Assembly (NCBI RefSeq): GCF_006345805.1 | Contig: NC_043008.1 | Span: 70,680,001 to 70,744,000, forward strand | DNA length: 64,000 nt | Direction: 5' to 3' | DNA from: Octopus sinensis | Taxonomy: Eukaryota | In this document: piece by piece, positions 1-12,700 of the stretch | Position numbering within the stretch: position 1 is the stretch's first letter | Layout: every line of letters starts with the position of its first letter | The notes under the pieces: generated by a model | Database searches by the model: none | The model's input: the letters and a program-made list of their open reading frames with translations, nothing else | Told to the model about the DNA's origin: nothing | Position numbers and translations under genes: made by a program

Positions 1-92
1 ATTTTCGAAATTTTTTCTCTTATGAGGTTTTTACGCTATCTACCTGACAATTTCTTGTTAAGTTTTCCTTATTAAGTAGTTGTCCTTAATTG

Positions 93-129
<37 letters not shown>

Positions 130-1317
130 CATACATAAACATACATATATATCTATGTAAGTATTTCCGTAAATTTAAATTTATTGATCAGGAGATTGCA
201 TACTGGAAACACATTGGGATTTATTAAGATCATCGTTTCACGCACGCCCGCACACACACATACACACACACATACACACACATGTAGATATCTATCTATA
301 TCAATATTTATCTCTAGGTGTGTTGAATGTGTTTGTGTGTGTGGGTGGAGTGTACGACGGTCGACTGAAATGTTCATAGGCTGACCAAAACACTCTCATG
401 TAATGCGACCAAGTTAGGTCTACTTTTCAGCATAGTCCTCCTTGCAGTCCACATACTTCTTCCATTGGGGCTGCAGTGCCTGGATCCCATTGCAGAAAAA
501 GCTTTCATGTTGTTGGCTAAAATGGTCGTCTTTATTATATATGACGTCATCATACTGGTTTCCAACTAAGAGGCTTTTCATGCTGAGTGAACAGATAGCG
601 CCTAATCAGGAGAATATGGGCGGTGATGAACCAGTTCAAGGCCCAAGTCACGCACAGCAGCCATTGAAAGTAAAGACTTATGTCCTAGAGCATTGTACTG
701 ATGAAACAAGTGTTCTTTACTGGTTGATCTTGATAGCCTTTGGTAACGGTTTCAGCAAGTCGGCATAATATTCTGCATTGATGGTGTAGCTCTTTTGAAG
801 ATAGTAAATAAATACCTTTTGCATCCAAAAAACTGAGGCTACCATTTTCCTTGCAGATTAAACCACCTTTTTTGGTATAGGTGAGGAGAGGTGTTTCTAC
901 TGTATGGATTACCACTTTGTCTCTGGTTCAATATGATGACCCTAACTCATCCTGGATAGGTGGTGAACCCAACTCATCGTGAATGAGAACACGCTTAAGG
1001 AAACCAGCTGGATCTGCCTGAATCAATGTCAGATTTTCCTGTGATAAGATCAGCCTTGTCCGCTGTTAATCATGTGGCAACCCGCAAACGGAAACCTTCG
1101 TCATGCAGAATATTATCAACTCTCTCATGGAATGTGCTAACAGCATTGGCTATCTGATTTATAGTCAATCGCCTCTCATCCGTTACCATGTGGTGGACAC
1201 TATTGATGTCTTCGTCGGTGGTGGCAGTTGCAGGACATCCAAAACTCTCCCTCCCCCTTCTAAATTCAGCTTCCCAGTTTTGCACTGTTGACAAAACTGG
1301 AACGTCATCCCTTAACG

Positions 1318-1479
1318 CAGGGGTCCCCAAACTTTTTAGAGTATCGACTCCTTAATGGAATCCTAGACCCCCCCATCCTCAGGTATGTACAAGAAAGTAA
1401 ATAAATAATAATTATAATAAGTAGATGTACATTTATTGACCCCCTTGAATAGTCTCATCGACCACTTTGGAAACCCCTT
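1318..1479. mobile_element. hAT-type MITE (~162 bp) inserted in the mariner ORF
   Basis: Ends caggggtccccaaact ... tttggaaacccctt are imperfect TIRs. The 8-bp flanks ccttaacg / ccctaatg (6/8 identical) fit a hAT TSD. The insertion splits the transposase between ...DTLG and DDVPVLSTVQ. Confidence 0.75.
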
Positions 1480-1659
1480 CCCTAATGTATCAACCATATC
1501 AGCATGAATGTCGTTTGGAGCTAAACCGTTTCTCTGCAGGTACTTGCTAACACCACGTTGCCAAAATTTGTCCATATTCAAGAAAAGTCACAACTAATTA
1601 CTTGTGAAGTCTTCTTTGAACTGTCAGATGTCAGTTTACCTGGAAAAAAAGAATGCAGT

Positions 1660-1883
1660 TACGAGAGTGGGCTGAAAAATAAATAGGCTGACTTTGAAGG
1701 CGTGATGCTTGAGCTATGAAATCTTGCATGTATTAATTTCAACTTTTCTTATTAATAGCAGCAACGCCTATGGACGAAGTGTGAGGACCACAAGGGAGTT
1801 TATCTTGAAAAATAAAACCTCATTTGATCATATTCCGTGAGAGTATCTGGGTCAGCCTATAAAATGTTCAATCGACCCTTGTA
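1660..1883 (+). mobile_element. Internally deleted mariner derivative inserted in opposite orientation into the 5' UTR of the same family
   Basis: TA-flanked. Contains the 5' TIR region (tacgagagtgggctgaaaaa...gctatgaaatcttgcatgtattaatttcaa, matching 1895-1973 inverted) fused to the transposase C-terminus (WTKCEDHKGVYLEK*) and the 3' TIR. Confidence 0.75.
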
Positions 1884-2288
1884 TGAAGAAGTGTTGAAAT
1901 TAATGCATGCAATATTTCATAGTTGAAGCCCCACTCCATAGTTAGGCTATGAACTTTACAGCTTGCCCTCGTGTCTATAACAGGGATTAGCAATTGCTAC
2001 AAAGTATACCCTTTGAAGAACCTACTACATTGACATAAGTACAGTCTCAACAATTAACAATAAACATTTAGTTTATCTCTATGCATAATACATAATTCAA
2101 ACTGATCAGATTATGAGGATACTGCAAGAACATTATAAAAAGTTTTCCTCTTTGATATACGTGCTGTGTTCTCCTAGTACATTCATAATCTACACTCTTC
2201 TAAAATGATTTTTAATGTCAAATATAAGTGGAGCAGATTTTGCGAGTGCAAGCTGACAAATATTTGGAACAAGTAACAAACTACTTAC

Positions 2289-2493
2289 CAACAACTTTTA
2301 AATTAATAATCTTCATTTTCACTGGTGTTGTATTGATTTGACACGTGTACTCCCCACTGTCACTCACCCGTACATTCCTTATATGGAGGTGCCAATCTTT
2401 GATATATGGTCGTTCCACACTGATTCTAACGTCGTCAATTATACGCTGAATTTGCAAAGATACGATTGTTGAATCTGGATTGGTCCATACCAC
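2289..2493 (-). CDS. Internal coding exon: C-terminal half of the same Ig domain
   Basis: Acceptor gttttcttggccag|GTG at 2493, donor GTT G|gtaagt at 2289. The 205-bp exon (phase 0 to phase 1) encodes VVWTNPDSTIVSLQIQRIIDDVRISVERPYIKDWHLHIRNVRVSDSGEYTCQINTTPVKMKIINLKVV, with the C-strand Trp, W.LHI..V...DSGEYTCQINT and the second Ig Cys. Its phase matches the 55030-55136 exon. Confidence 0.92.
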
Positions 2494-3249
2494 CTGGCCA
2501 AGAAAACGGATATACTAAAATAGAATTATATAAATACTAAGTAAATAAAACAATACATTTACAGTTTTAAAATAAACAAATATAAGGATTCTATCGTCAG
2601 TATGCTATTTATTGCTAAACTGAGAGGAATCTTTTTTCATGTTTCTTTGTGGTACATCAACTCCTTTGTACCCTCCGGAATCTTAATACCCTTCGCCCTC
2701 ACAACAACTATAACACTCTCCATACTAACCCTAACCCTTAACATCCTCCAACCCGGCTTCACCTATTTGCCCTTTAACACATATTGACCACTTAGTCACC
2801 GCTGGTCCTTCAACACTTCTTTATCCCTAAACAATTATCAACTCCTCAACTCCCATTGACCTCTCTGATTCACAACCGTCTCCTCACCGCCACCAATTCC
2901 AGCAGCAGCCATCTGCTTCCTGAATTCCATCAACCCATGAAGCATTCATCGGTTGCTTACTCTCCACACCATCGGCTCTTCAATTATAATCGCCCCCTCA
3001 ACACTTACCATCCCTTCCACGCCCAAACAAATCCTCAGCACACATTGACCCGTCAACATCGGCCATCTCATTTACACGCATCACCAAACCCACTATCACG
3101 ACAATACTCACGGCCTCCTTCACGCGCACTGGTTCTTCAACCGCCCTCATCGATCCCTCACTGCCGCCTTCCAATCTCAAAAAGAGCCACCATTTTCTTT
3201 CCGCACCAATTTGTCTCCTAAACACCCACCGCACTTTCAATATATATAT

Positions 3250-3760
3250 ATATTGTTATATTTCGGAATGGTCATTTTGCCAGTTTAGCCAATAAAAACA
3301 CACGCACTATATATTTGGTGTTATTTTGCTTCAGTGTTATTTATTTTTTACATTAATCTTAATCTTATTTCGGCAAGAGTTCTTTCGTCACACTCCTGTG
3401 ACCGCATCAGTGGTCCTTTGTTTTCTTCTTACTTATTTGTGTCTCTCCTTACTAACCGTCAGCCATTTTGTATTTCTATTGTATGTTTTCATTTGCGCAT
3501 GCTTATATCTCTATGTGCGTCTATGTTTATTTAGTGTGTATGTGTGGGAGATGCCTGTAATATTTGTATCTTCTATTTATATACGTTCATGTAATTTGTT
3601 TTTGTTTATTCTTAATTTGTTCATGTGTTTACATCCACTTATTATTATCATTACATATGCTTGTAATAAATAACACTGAAGTAAAATAGCACCAAATATA
3701 TAGTGCATGTGTTTTTATTGGCTAAACTGGCAAAATGACCATTCCGAAATATAACAATAT
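3250..3760. mobile_element. Inverted-repeat element with 94-bp arms, probably head-to-head Penelope pLTR remnant
   Basis: 3250-3343 is the near-exact reverse complement of 3667-3760. The spacer carries a degenerate hammerhead-like motif on the minus strand (CTGATGCG-GTCAC-aggagt-GTGAC-GAAA, 3383-3410). Confidence 0.55.
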
Positions 3761-3813
3761 CTGTTTCAACACACGACTTCACATAAAAAATCTTGCACAA
3801 CAAATATATAAAC

Positions 3814-3983
<170 letters not shown>

Positions 3984-4072
3984 GTAGGCGCAGGAGTGGC
4001 TGTGTGGTAAGTAGCTTGTTTACCAACCACATGGTCCCGGGTTCAGTCCCACTACGTGAAAGAAGCCCGTCG

Positions 4073-4106
<34 letters not shown>

Positions 4107-4301
4107 CATGTTTCTGTGTCTGTGTTTGTCCCCCTACCATTGCTTGACAACCGATGCTGGTGTGTTTATGTCCCCGTCACTTAGCGGTTCGGCAAAAGAG
4201 ACCGATAGAATAAGTACTGGGCTTACAAAGAATAAGTCCCGGGGTCGAGTTGCTCGATTAAAGGTGGTGCTCCAGCATGGGTGCAGTCAAAAGAGTAAAA
4301 G
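3984..4301 (+). mobile_element. tRNA-derived SINE, family S1 (internal deletion)
   Basis: tRNA-like head (tggctgtgtggtaag A-box-like, gggttcagtccc B-box-like), internal microsatellite, and tail ggtggtgctccagcatgg..cagtcaaa. Homologous to copies at 25751, 37860, 60385 and 61400. Confidence 0.85.
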
Positions 4302-5199
4302 ATATATATATATATATGTATATCTGGTTTATATGGACGTGATTTGTATCATGTTGAATGAGAAGTAGCCAGACCATCACTAAGACAACGCCATTGCTTT
4401 GGAAACAAACACGACAGGTGACACCAAACGACCATCGTGTGCGTGCTTGTGAATGTGTGTGTGCGTGTGTGTTTGTGTGTGTGCGTGTACTTCTATACCT
4501 TATTAGGATGTTATTTGTGTCATGTCAAATGCAAACTACCTAGTCCGTCACAAAATCCACCTCCATTTCTTTGGAGGAAACAAACACTACAAACGGTAGC
4601 ATACGAACTTCTCATGTGGCCATGTCTGGGAGGGAGAGAGAAAGAGGGTGAAAGAGAGGGGAGAGGAAAGAGTGTGAAGAATGGGATTTGTTACTTGAAT
4701 GATACGTTATTTATTGAATCTTGAAGGATCACTACATCCTTTCATCTTTCATCTTTCTGGAATCGATAACAGAATAGAAGAACTGAATGGACACAACAAT
4801 CGGTTGTGTGGTTATAATCGCAAACACGTGGTTCTGGATTGTACATCACTCCACAGAAATTTGGAGAACTGCCTTTCATGATATACTTACATGCATACAT
4901 ACATACATACATACATACATACATACATACATACGTACGTACTGTAAAATCTGTAAAACGTTCCATAAGTATATCATTTAAGTATATATGAGCGTCTCTA
5001 GATATGCAAGTATAAGCACGAGGAAACACATGAAACAAAACATACAAAACTGCACGTATTTATAGATACAAAAATACCCTGTTGTTGATGTTTGAATTCC
5101 AATGAAGGAGCCTTCAATCTTGGTTAGAAACCGATTCCTTCTCTACAGGCAAGAAATCTTGAAATAAAGCTGAATAATGACATACATATATACGTGTGT

Positions 5200-5319
<120 letters not shown>

Positions 5320-5678
5320 CTGTGAGAGTTAGAGGTTAGTAAATCAACCAACTAAGGGATAAGACCCTATGAAGAAGCCTAGACGCACACCCCTCATCCA
5401 AACTTTTTCTGCCCGTCCCTACAGAACACTGAAGAGATGGAGATGGCATGGGGGATTTCGTTACCTCTTGGCAGAAACGGCCGTAAGGAACTGATCTTTT
5501 GCTCTTTTCTGTAATATTAATATATGTGTGTGTAACACATACTTACGACATGTGTATGTTTTCTTCTAATAATTTCCAATGCTTTGTAACAAATAGACAC
5601 ACGGAATTGTTTACCCGCTGATGTATGTCGTTTTGTATTCTCTCCATTTTCTTATTTGCCACATACACACACACACAC

Positions 5679-5721
<43 letters not shown>

Positions 5722-5996
5722 CTATATATATATATATGTATTGTTGATGTCATAAAAATGTTAGAAACTTCGTGAGAATAATCTAAAATAATTCTTTTTT
5801 TGGAACGATGTATCTCAAAGCAGATAAAGCTATAAACAATAGAGTGTGAATATTGAATTGAGAAACCCTTCGGATAGAAAAAGACGGGAGCTTTGACATT
5901 TGCTTTTGAAAGGCTTTTTAACTCAATATTTATTCGCTGTTATCTATAGATTTCTCTGCTTCAAGATGCTAAGTTGCCACAGACGATCAGCAACAC

Positions 5997-6029
<33 letters not shown>

Positions 6030-6030
6030 A

Positions 6031-6064
<34 letters not shown>

Positions 6065-6280
6065 GTATCTATACATACATATAAATACATATATATATAC
6101 ATACATACCTACATACACACATAATTATGCATAGATATAAGTACAGACACACACACATATACATATATATGTATAAATATATATACATATATGTGTACGT
6201 ATATAGATATATGTATGTATATGTATATGTTTGTATATATGTAAATATATGTTTGTGTATATGTATGTATATATATCTAT

Positions 6281-6330
<50 letters not shown>

Positions 6331-6368
6331 AGATACACACACAGACATACACATATACATACATATAT

Positions 6369-9300
6369 CCGAACTAAAGATGAGGAAACAAATGGGAGAG
6401 AAGTGTTTACGAATCCAAGATGGACAGATAATCAAGTCCTACCTCTGGTCCCATGCTGTAGTGCTGACAGGGAAAGTGATGTGAGGGCAGATACCCCCGT
6501 CAACGATGCTATCTCTGATACCCCTTATTCTGCTTGTTCCCCAACTCCCGCCCCTCAGACTTCACAGCTCAGCATCGTCTACACCAACTCGTGCTCCTTA
6601 TTCCCAAAGTTCAGTGAACTATTTACACTGGCCATACGTGACTCCCCTGATGTGATAGCTATCACCGAGACTTGGCTGACTCCAGCAGTAAAGGACTCAG
6701 AAATCCACCTGCAGGGCTACGTCCTTTTCAGATGTGACAGAGGAAAAAGGCGAGGTGGAGGTGTTGCTGTGTATGTTAAGTCTGAGCACAAACCGTCCAG
6801 CGGTATTCTACCCACTAATGCTCAACCTACAACAAAATTCGATGCCGTCTATTGCAAGCTGAGCCTATCTGAGTTTTGCCTGCCCGTGTTGGCTGTCTAC
6901 AGGCCGCCTCTTGCCGACCCCCAGGACGATGCTCATTTACTCGAAGCGATAAGATTCGTTTCAGCTTCGCATGACTGTTTGGTACTAGGAGACTTCAACG
7001 CTCCCACGATCGATTGGCCCGCATCAATTTGTACAACATCTTCCGGTTTCGGCCAGGCCCTTCTTGACGTGGCTGAAGATTGTTTTCTATCGCAACATGT
7101 TGAATATCCGACAAGGCATCGGTCTGGGCAGCAGCCATCTATGCTAGATCTGGTATTCTCCCGCTATCCAAGATCAGTGTCAGACGAATCTGTGTGCGCC
7201 CCTCTTGCCAAGAGTGATCATGCGGTCCTGAAGTTCGTCATGCACACAACTTTTTCTACGCCCACGACTACTTCGCTGCCACGTAGAGTCTTCTCTGCAA
7301 TTAATCTTGAAATTCTAACCGAGGCTTCCGCGCTTCTGGACTGGCGATCCCTGATGACGTTGTCCTCTGTTGACGAACTATGGTCATCCCTCAAAGCATA
7401 TGTAATCTGTTTGACTGACCAGGCAGTTCCCGTTGGGCTTCCCAAGAAGAAGAAACACAAGCCCTGGGTGACGAAGAAGGTTAAACGAGAACGTCGACTC
7501 AGAGATATTGCTTGGGCTGAATTCAAAAATCTGGATTCGACTGCAGCTTTTGAGGTGTACAAAACTCAACGAGACCGAGCCGTGAAAATTGAAAAGAAAG
7601 AACGCTTCAGTTATGAATACAAAATCGCGGCAAATGCCAGTAGCAATCCAAAAACCTTCTTTGCCCATGTCCAGCGGAATTCCCGCTTGAACAACCAGAT
7701 TGCAACGTTGGTAGACTCAACAGGTGTATCGATTGAGGACCCTTATCAACAGAGTCAATTATTTGCCGAGGCATTTTCAACTATTTTCAAACAAGATGAT
7801 GGTCGTGAACCCCCCCCCCCCATTTGATAGATCGGTACCTCCAATGCTTCGATTGGTCATCACGCGGGACGAAGTCAAACGTGTTATTCAAGGCCTCGAT
7901 GTCAACAAGGGTTACGGCCCCGACGGCATACACCCACGGGTTATCAAAGCGTTGGCTCCGGTCATCTGCGAGCCCTTAACACGACTATTCAATATGTCAT
8001 TGGCGATGGGTGTTATACTTGCAGACTGGAGAACAGCGATAATCTGCCCAATTTTCAAGAAAGGGAGCCGCGAAGACCCGCTTAACTACCGACCGGTTTC
8101 CCTTACATCAATAATCAGCAAGATGTTCGAAACCATCCTTAAGAAAAGTATGATGCTCCACCTCCTAAACACAGCCTCTATCTCTGATTCCCAACACGGC
8201 TTCGTGCCGAAGAGATCATGCTTGACCAACTTACTAGTAATGGAAGAATTGGTGACGCGCATCCTCGATGATAGTGATGCTGTTGACATCGTTTTATTGG
8301 ACTTTGCCAAAGCTTTTGACTCGGTAAACCACCGCCTATTACTTGTCAAGCTTCAAGCATATAGTTTCCATCCGGATATTATACGATGGGTTGGTGCCTT
8401 CCTCTCAGATCGCTCCTTCCAAGTCCAAGTTAATGGTTCGCGGTCCGACGTCTTCAGTGCGAGCAGTGGCGTGCCTCAAGGTTCAGTGCTTGGGCCCTTG
8501 TTGTTCTTAATCTTCATAAATGACTTGCCCGACGACCTCACGCAACACACCCTTCTATTTGCCGACGATATCAAACTGGTCGCTCCTCGCGGTGATATAG
8601 AGGATCTTCGTCGATGCCTCCACCAAATTTGGAAGTGGTCTAACGATTGGGACCTGTGTCTGAACGTGTCAAAGTGCTGTCATCTGCCTGTCGGCTCTAC
8701 TCCTGCACCTCAACTTGATTTCAAGCCGGGTCGTCTGCTGCTGGAGAGGACCGATCAGGTAAAGGACCTGGGTATCTTGGTGGATTCCTCCTTTTCGCCT
8801 TTGGCCCAGTGCGTCCATGCTGCCAACAAAGCACGCGGAATTCTGTTCTTGATTCGACGGTCATTCGGAATGCTCACAGCAGCCATATTCCTACCACTCT
8901 ATGTCACGCTGGTGAGACCCATATTGGAGTATGGGATTCAAGCCTCTTCTCCTTATCTCCTCAAAGACATACAGCATCTCGAAAGAGTCCAGAAGCTGGC
9001 TACCCGCATGGTTCATGGTCTCAAAAATTTGTCCTACGAAGAAAGGCTGAGGACGCTCGACCTTTATTCTCTTGAAAAACGCCGCCGCCGTGGTGATCTC
9101 ATTCTCGCCCACAACATCATAAGCGGAAAGTGTAACCTCTCGAAAGAGCTGTTCTTCACTCCTGCTCCAGAGCGTCGGCTGCGGGGTCATTCCGAAAAGC
9201 TCTATCTGCGACGATTTCATCTCAATCGAAGGAGAGGAGCTTTCTCCGTCCGGGTTGCGGATCCGTGGAACAAGCTGCCAGACGAGATGGTGAAGATGCC

Positions 9301-9435
9301 GACGACCGCTTCGTTCAAAGCCTCCCTGGACCTCAAGTGGCCTGAACTCTTTACATGAACACCACCCTGTACTTAACTCCATGTCCCCCTACATGGCCTT
9401 GCTATTTGCTTTTGAGCCAAATTAACTAACTAACT

Positions 9436-9438
<3 letters not shown>
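6369..9438 (+). mobile_element. CR1-clade LINE, 5'-truncated at the end of ORF1, near-intact APE-RT ORF2
   Basis: ORF1 tail [22 protein letters not shown]...VM* (6371-6484) overlaps ORF2 in the -1 frame. APE motifs YTN, ITETW, GGGVAVYV, YRPP, GDFN, LDLVF, SDH. RT motifs GPDG, NYRPVSLTS, QHGF, LDFAKAFDSV, SGVPQGSVLGPLLF, FADD. One frameshift at C12 (7810-7821). 3' UTR hairpin CCATGT-ccccct-ACATGG (9379-9396) and (CTAA)n tail. Confidence 0.95.
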
Positions 9439-9519
<81 letters not shown>

Positions 9520-9549
9520 ATATATACATACATATATACACACACGCAT

Positions 9550-10056
9550 ATATATATAAATCTGAAATGCGAAAATTTGTTTGTCTGGTTTTGGCATTGG
9601 AACGGGTTAAAGGCCACTAGATCCCGTCGTATTGACTCCAAAAATTATAGGGACATGTAAAAATGAGGTGAGAATATAAGTGAGCTAGGTTAGAAATCCC
9701 TATCTTAAAAGGTGTAGTTACTAGGGCAAAAATCGCACACTTTGACAAGTCTTCTCTCCTTCTCTTATCTGCCTGTCTTCCTCCATCTCTCTCTCTTTCC
9801 TCCCTTTCTTTCACGTCGTCTCTATAAGGTTATTTGACAGTGACTACTATCTTTGCCCTGCCGCCTTCACTCTTTCTTCCACATCCTCTCTCTCCCTACG
9901 TCTGTCTGCACTCATAGAAAGAATTATTATCGCCACAACCAACACCACACAATCATGAGAACAAATATTATGAATCAGATATTGATTGGGTTAATTTATG
10001 TGTGTATGTGTGTGTGTGTTCTATATATAAATATGTATATATACGAAGTGTATATA

Positions 10057-10112
<56 letters not shown>

Positions 10113-10915
10113 GTATACATTTGTATATATAATGCGTACACACACACACACACCACATATATATATATAAGCTGAAAATATGCACACCTATGTTAAAAGT
10201 GCTGGCGAGTTTGCATAGCAAGCAATTGTTTCCTCAAATGAAAGGACAAAATTCCTCATCTTATAAAATGTGGCCCGAGTAGACCCCAACGAAATTGGGT
10301 TATATTAACCAAAATGTGAAAAGGGATCTAAATGGGGCTGGAAGGAGATTAAAATTTACAGGGGCGGGTGTTTAGGAATTCTCTGTTACATCAAGCTAAA
10401 GAATATGCGCCAGCCTTTAAATCGTCAATGTGTTGCCGTCCACCATGAAGAGGCTTGCCATGGTGAGTCTACTGTCATGAGAAAGAATCACTTCAAAACT
10501 TGATGTTTTGGAATTTTCTTTTACATCACGTTCAAAATTTTACGCCAGCCGTTAAACTGCTACTACGTTGCGGTCCGTCGTTAAGAAATGCCAGCCATCG
10601 TCACTCTACTATCCTTAGATTCTATCCCTTCAAGTTTGGTTTCCAATATTTTTTTATTTTTATTCAGCTCGCTAGTTCGCCTGTCCCTTTTAAATGTTAA
10701 TGTTTTGGTGTCTGCCTTGAAGCAGACCTTTCCGTTGTCACAGCCTGATATTTATGATTGACCTTTCAAAATATTTTCTTTCTCAACCTACTCAAGAGCC
10801 TTTGTTGTTTATAAATGGGAGAGAGATAGATAAAGATAGAGAATAAGAGAAAGCGAGGTAGAGTTTGAGAGAAAGGAAGAGTAAGAGAGTGGGTAGATCG
10901 GGTCACCTTAAGCTA

Positions 10916-10916
<1 letters not shown>
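9550..10916 (+). mobile_element. Possible non-autonomous Helitron-like element
   Basis: Starts tatatataaatctgaaatg...tttgtttgtctg and ends ...gggtcaccttaagCTAG|t, resembling the architecture of non-autonomous Helitrons. The terminal hairpin is weak and there is no coding support. Confidence 0.35.
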
Positions 10917-10956
<40 letters not shown>

Positions 10957-11409
10957 GAAGGTTGTATAGGAACACACGAGTCGATATGTATAAGTAATAT
11001 AAGACAAGGCAGAAAATGCTAAAATAATTTTATCATGAACATTTTAGTACCGGTTTCAGTCTTTGCGGCTTTTTCTACTTAGATAAGCATGATAAACAAT
11101 TAAATTGTGGAAAAATTAAATAAAATCTATTTTTAATAATATTTCCATAGTTTTCAAATGCAAGGGACATTTTCCTTTTCTCAGTCCGTCTGTTTGTCTC
11201 TGTTTTTACTCTTGTGGGTTCTAGGTAGTTAGCAGCAGCTAGTTTGATATGAATTCTTGTCTTTGAATGTTTAATCAGCAGTAGTAGTATAGAAAGAAGG
11301 TGACGAAATAGAAGAAGAAGAAGAATCAGGGAGTGGTATGGCAGTAGCAGGATCTTGGTGGAATCCTCTTAAATGGGTAAGTGCCCTAAAATTTATATAT
11401 GTATATATA

Positions 11410-12700
11410 CGAGGGGCGTTCAATAAGTAATGCCCCTGACCCACTTCCCATAGCAGTAGAGCAACGACACTTGGCACAGTTATTAGTCTTTTCCTACATA
11501 GGAACTACCCAGAGATATGCATTTCTCCCATCTTTTGATACAGCTCTGGAGACCGTTTTTGTAGAAGACCCCAGCTTGGTCCTCCAACCACGACGTGACT
11601 TCAGAAATCAAAGCTGCATCATCTGGGAAACGCTTTCCTTTCAAAATCAACTTCATGGCTGGGAAGAGGTGAAAATCAGAGGGTGCAAGGTCAGGAGAGT
11701 AGGAGGATGGGGGAGGAGTTCATAGCCACACGCCTGTGCTTCTGATCTGGCGACACGCGAGTTGTGGACCGGAGCGTTGTCCTGCAGGAGGAGGATGCAT
11801 TTGCTGATCTTGCCCCGCATCTTGATTTTGATAGCTTCTCTTAATTTCCTCAAAAGTGAAGCATGATAGGCTCCTGTAATTGTGGTACTCTTTGCCAGGA
11901 AATCTGTCATCACTACTCCGTCCTGGTCCCAGAAGACTGTGAGCATAACCTTGTCAGCGGAGGGCTGCACCCTTGCCTTCTTTGGAGGAGGTGAGTCACG
12001 TTGCTTTCACTGCATTGACTGGGCTATGGTCTATGGATCATAGTGATGGACCCAGGTTTTATCCTGTGTAATCAGTCTTTTGAAAAATTTTGACTCATCT
12101 TCTTGGCACATCTCCAAATTCATCCCCGAGCACTCAACGCGTTCTTGCTTCTGGAAAGGTGTGAGCAACCTGGAAATCCATCTGGCAGACACCTTTTGCA
12201 TATGCAAATGGTCATGAATGATAGTTTCCACAGACCCGGTACTAATCTTGACCATATGGGCTATTTGGCGAATAATTATGCGTTGACCTTCCAAAATGGC
12301 AGCCTCAACTTGACGGACAGACGTCTCATCAACGGCAGAAGGGGGCGACCAGATCTGGGAGCTGTTTCCACAGAGTTCCGACTATGTTTGAATTAACAAT
12401 GCCAGCGTTTTACAAGGTCATATGATGGGGCATCATCACCATAAGTTACTTTCATTTCATCAAAAGTCTACCGTGGTGTGCGCCCTTTCAAATACAAAAA
12501 CCAGATCACTGCTCGACACTCAACAGGCTCCATTTCACATTTGACTCAGTTAAAACACCTGTAAATCAGAGACCACTATTAGTTCAGAGCTGTAATTCGC
12601 CACTTAATCTATAGACGTATAAATAGGTCCACATGCAAACTTTCAGCTAGATCAAACAACTGCAAGTGGGTCAGGGGCATTACTTATTGAACGCCCCTCG
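11410..12700 (-). mobile_element. Full-length mariner (DD34D) with perfect 37-bp TIRs and a pseudogenized transposase
   Basis: TIR cgaggggcgttcaataagtaatgcccctgacccactt at 11410-11446, exact reverse complement at 12664-12700, TA TSD, 1291 bp. Transposase 12533 to 11483: MEPVECRAVI..., ITQDKTWVHHYDP, VMLTVFWDQDG, LLQDNAPVH, HPP...DFHLF, with stops and frameshifts. Confidence 0.97.

Larger units (their letters stand above)
353..1973 (-). mobile_element. Mariner (DD34D-type, irritans-like) transposon, decayed, carrying two nested insertions
   Basis: Terminal repeats tacgacggtcgactgaaatgttcataggctgac (353) and the reverse complement of cacgagggcaagctgtaaagttcatagcctaac (~1973). Minus-strand transposase remnants: MDKFWQRGVSKYLQRNGLAP..., VLSTVQNWEAEFRRGRES, ASVFW.AKG, INAEYYADLL, and C-terminal WKKYVDCKEDYAEK*. 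Contains frameshifts and stops. Confidence 0.9.

Noticed and set aside
5060-5160. Hammerhead-like CAATGAAGG...GAAACCG motif (similar decayed ones near 11050, 27710 and 33410)
   Set aside because: Core nucleotides or helices are broken, too degenerate to call.
6127-6368. N-terminal extension of the 566-aa ORF
   Set aside because: It is (TA)n/(CA)n flank that happens to be in frame with CR1 ORF2, not part of the element.
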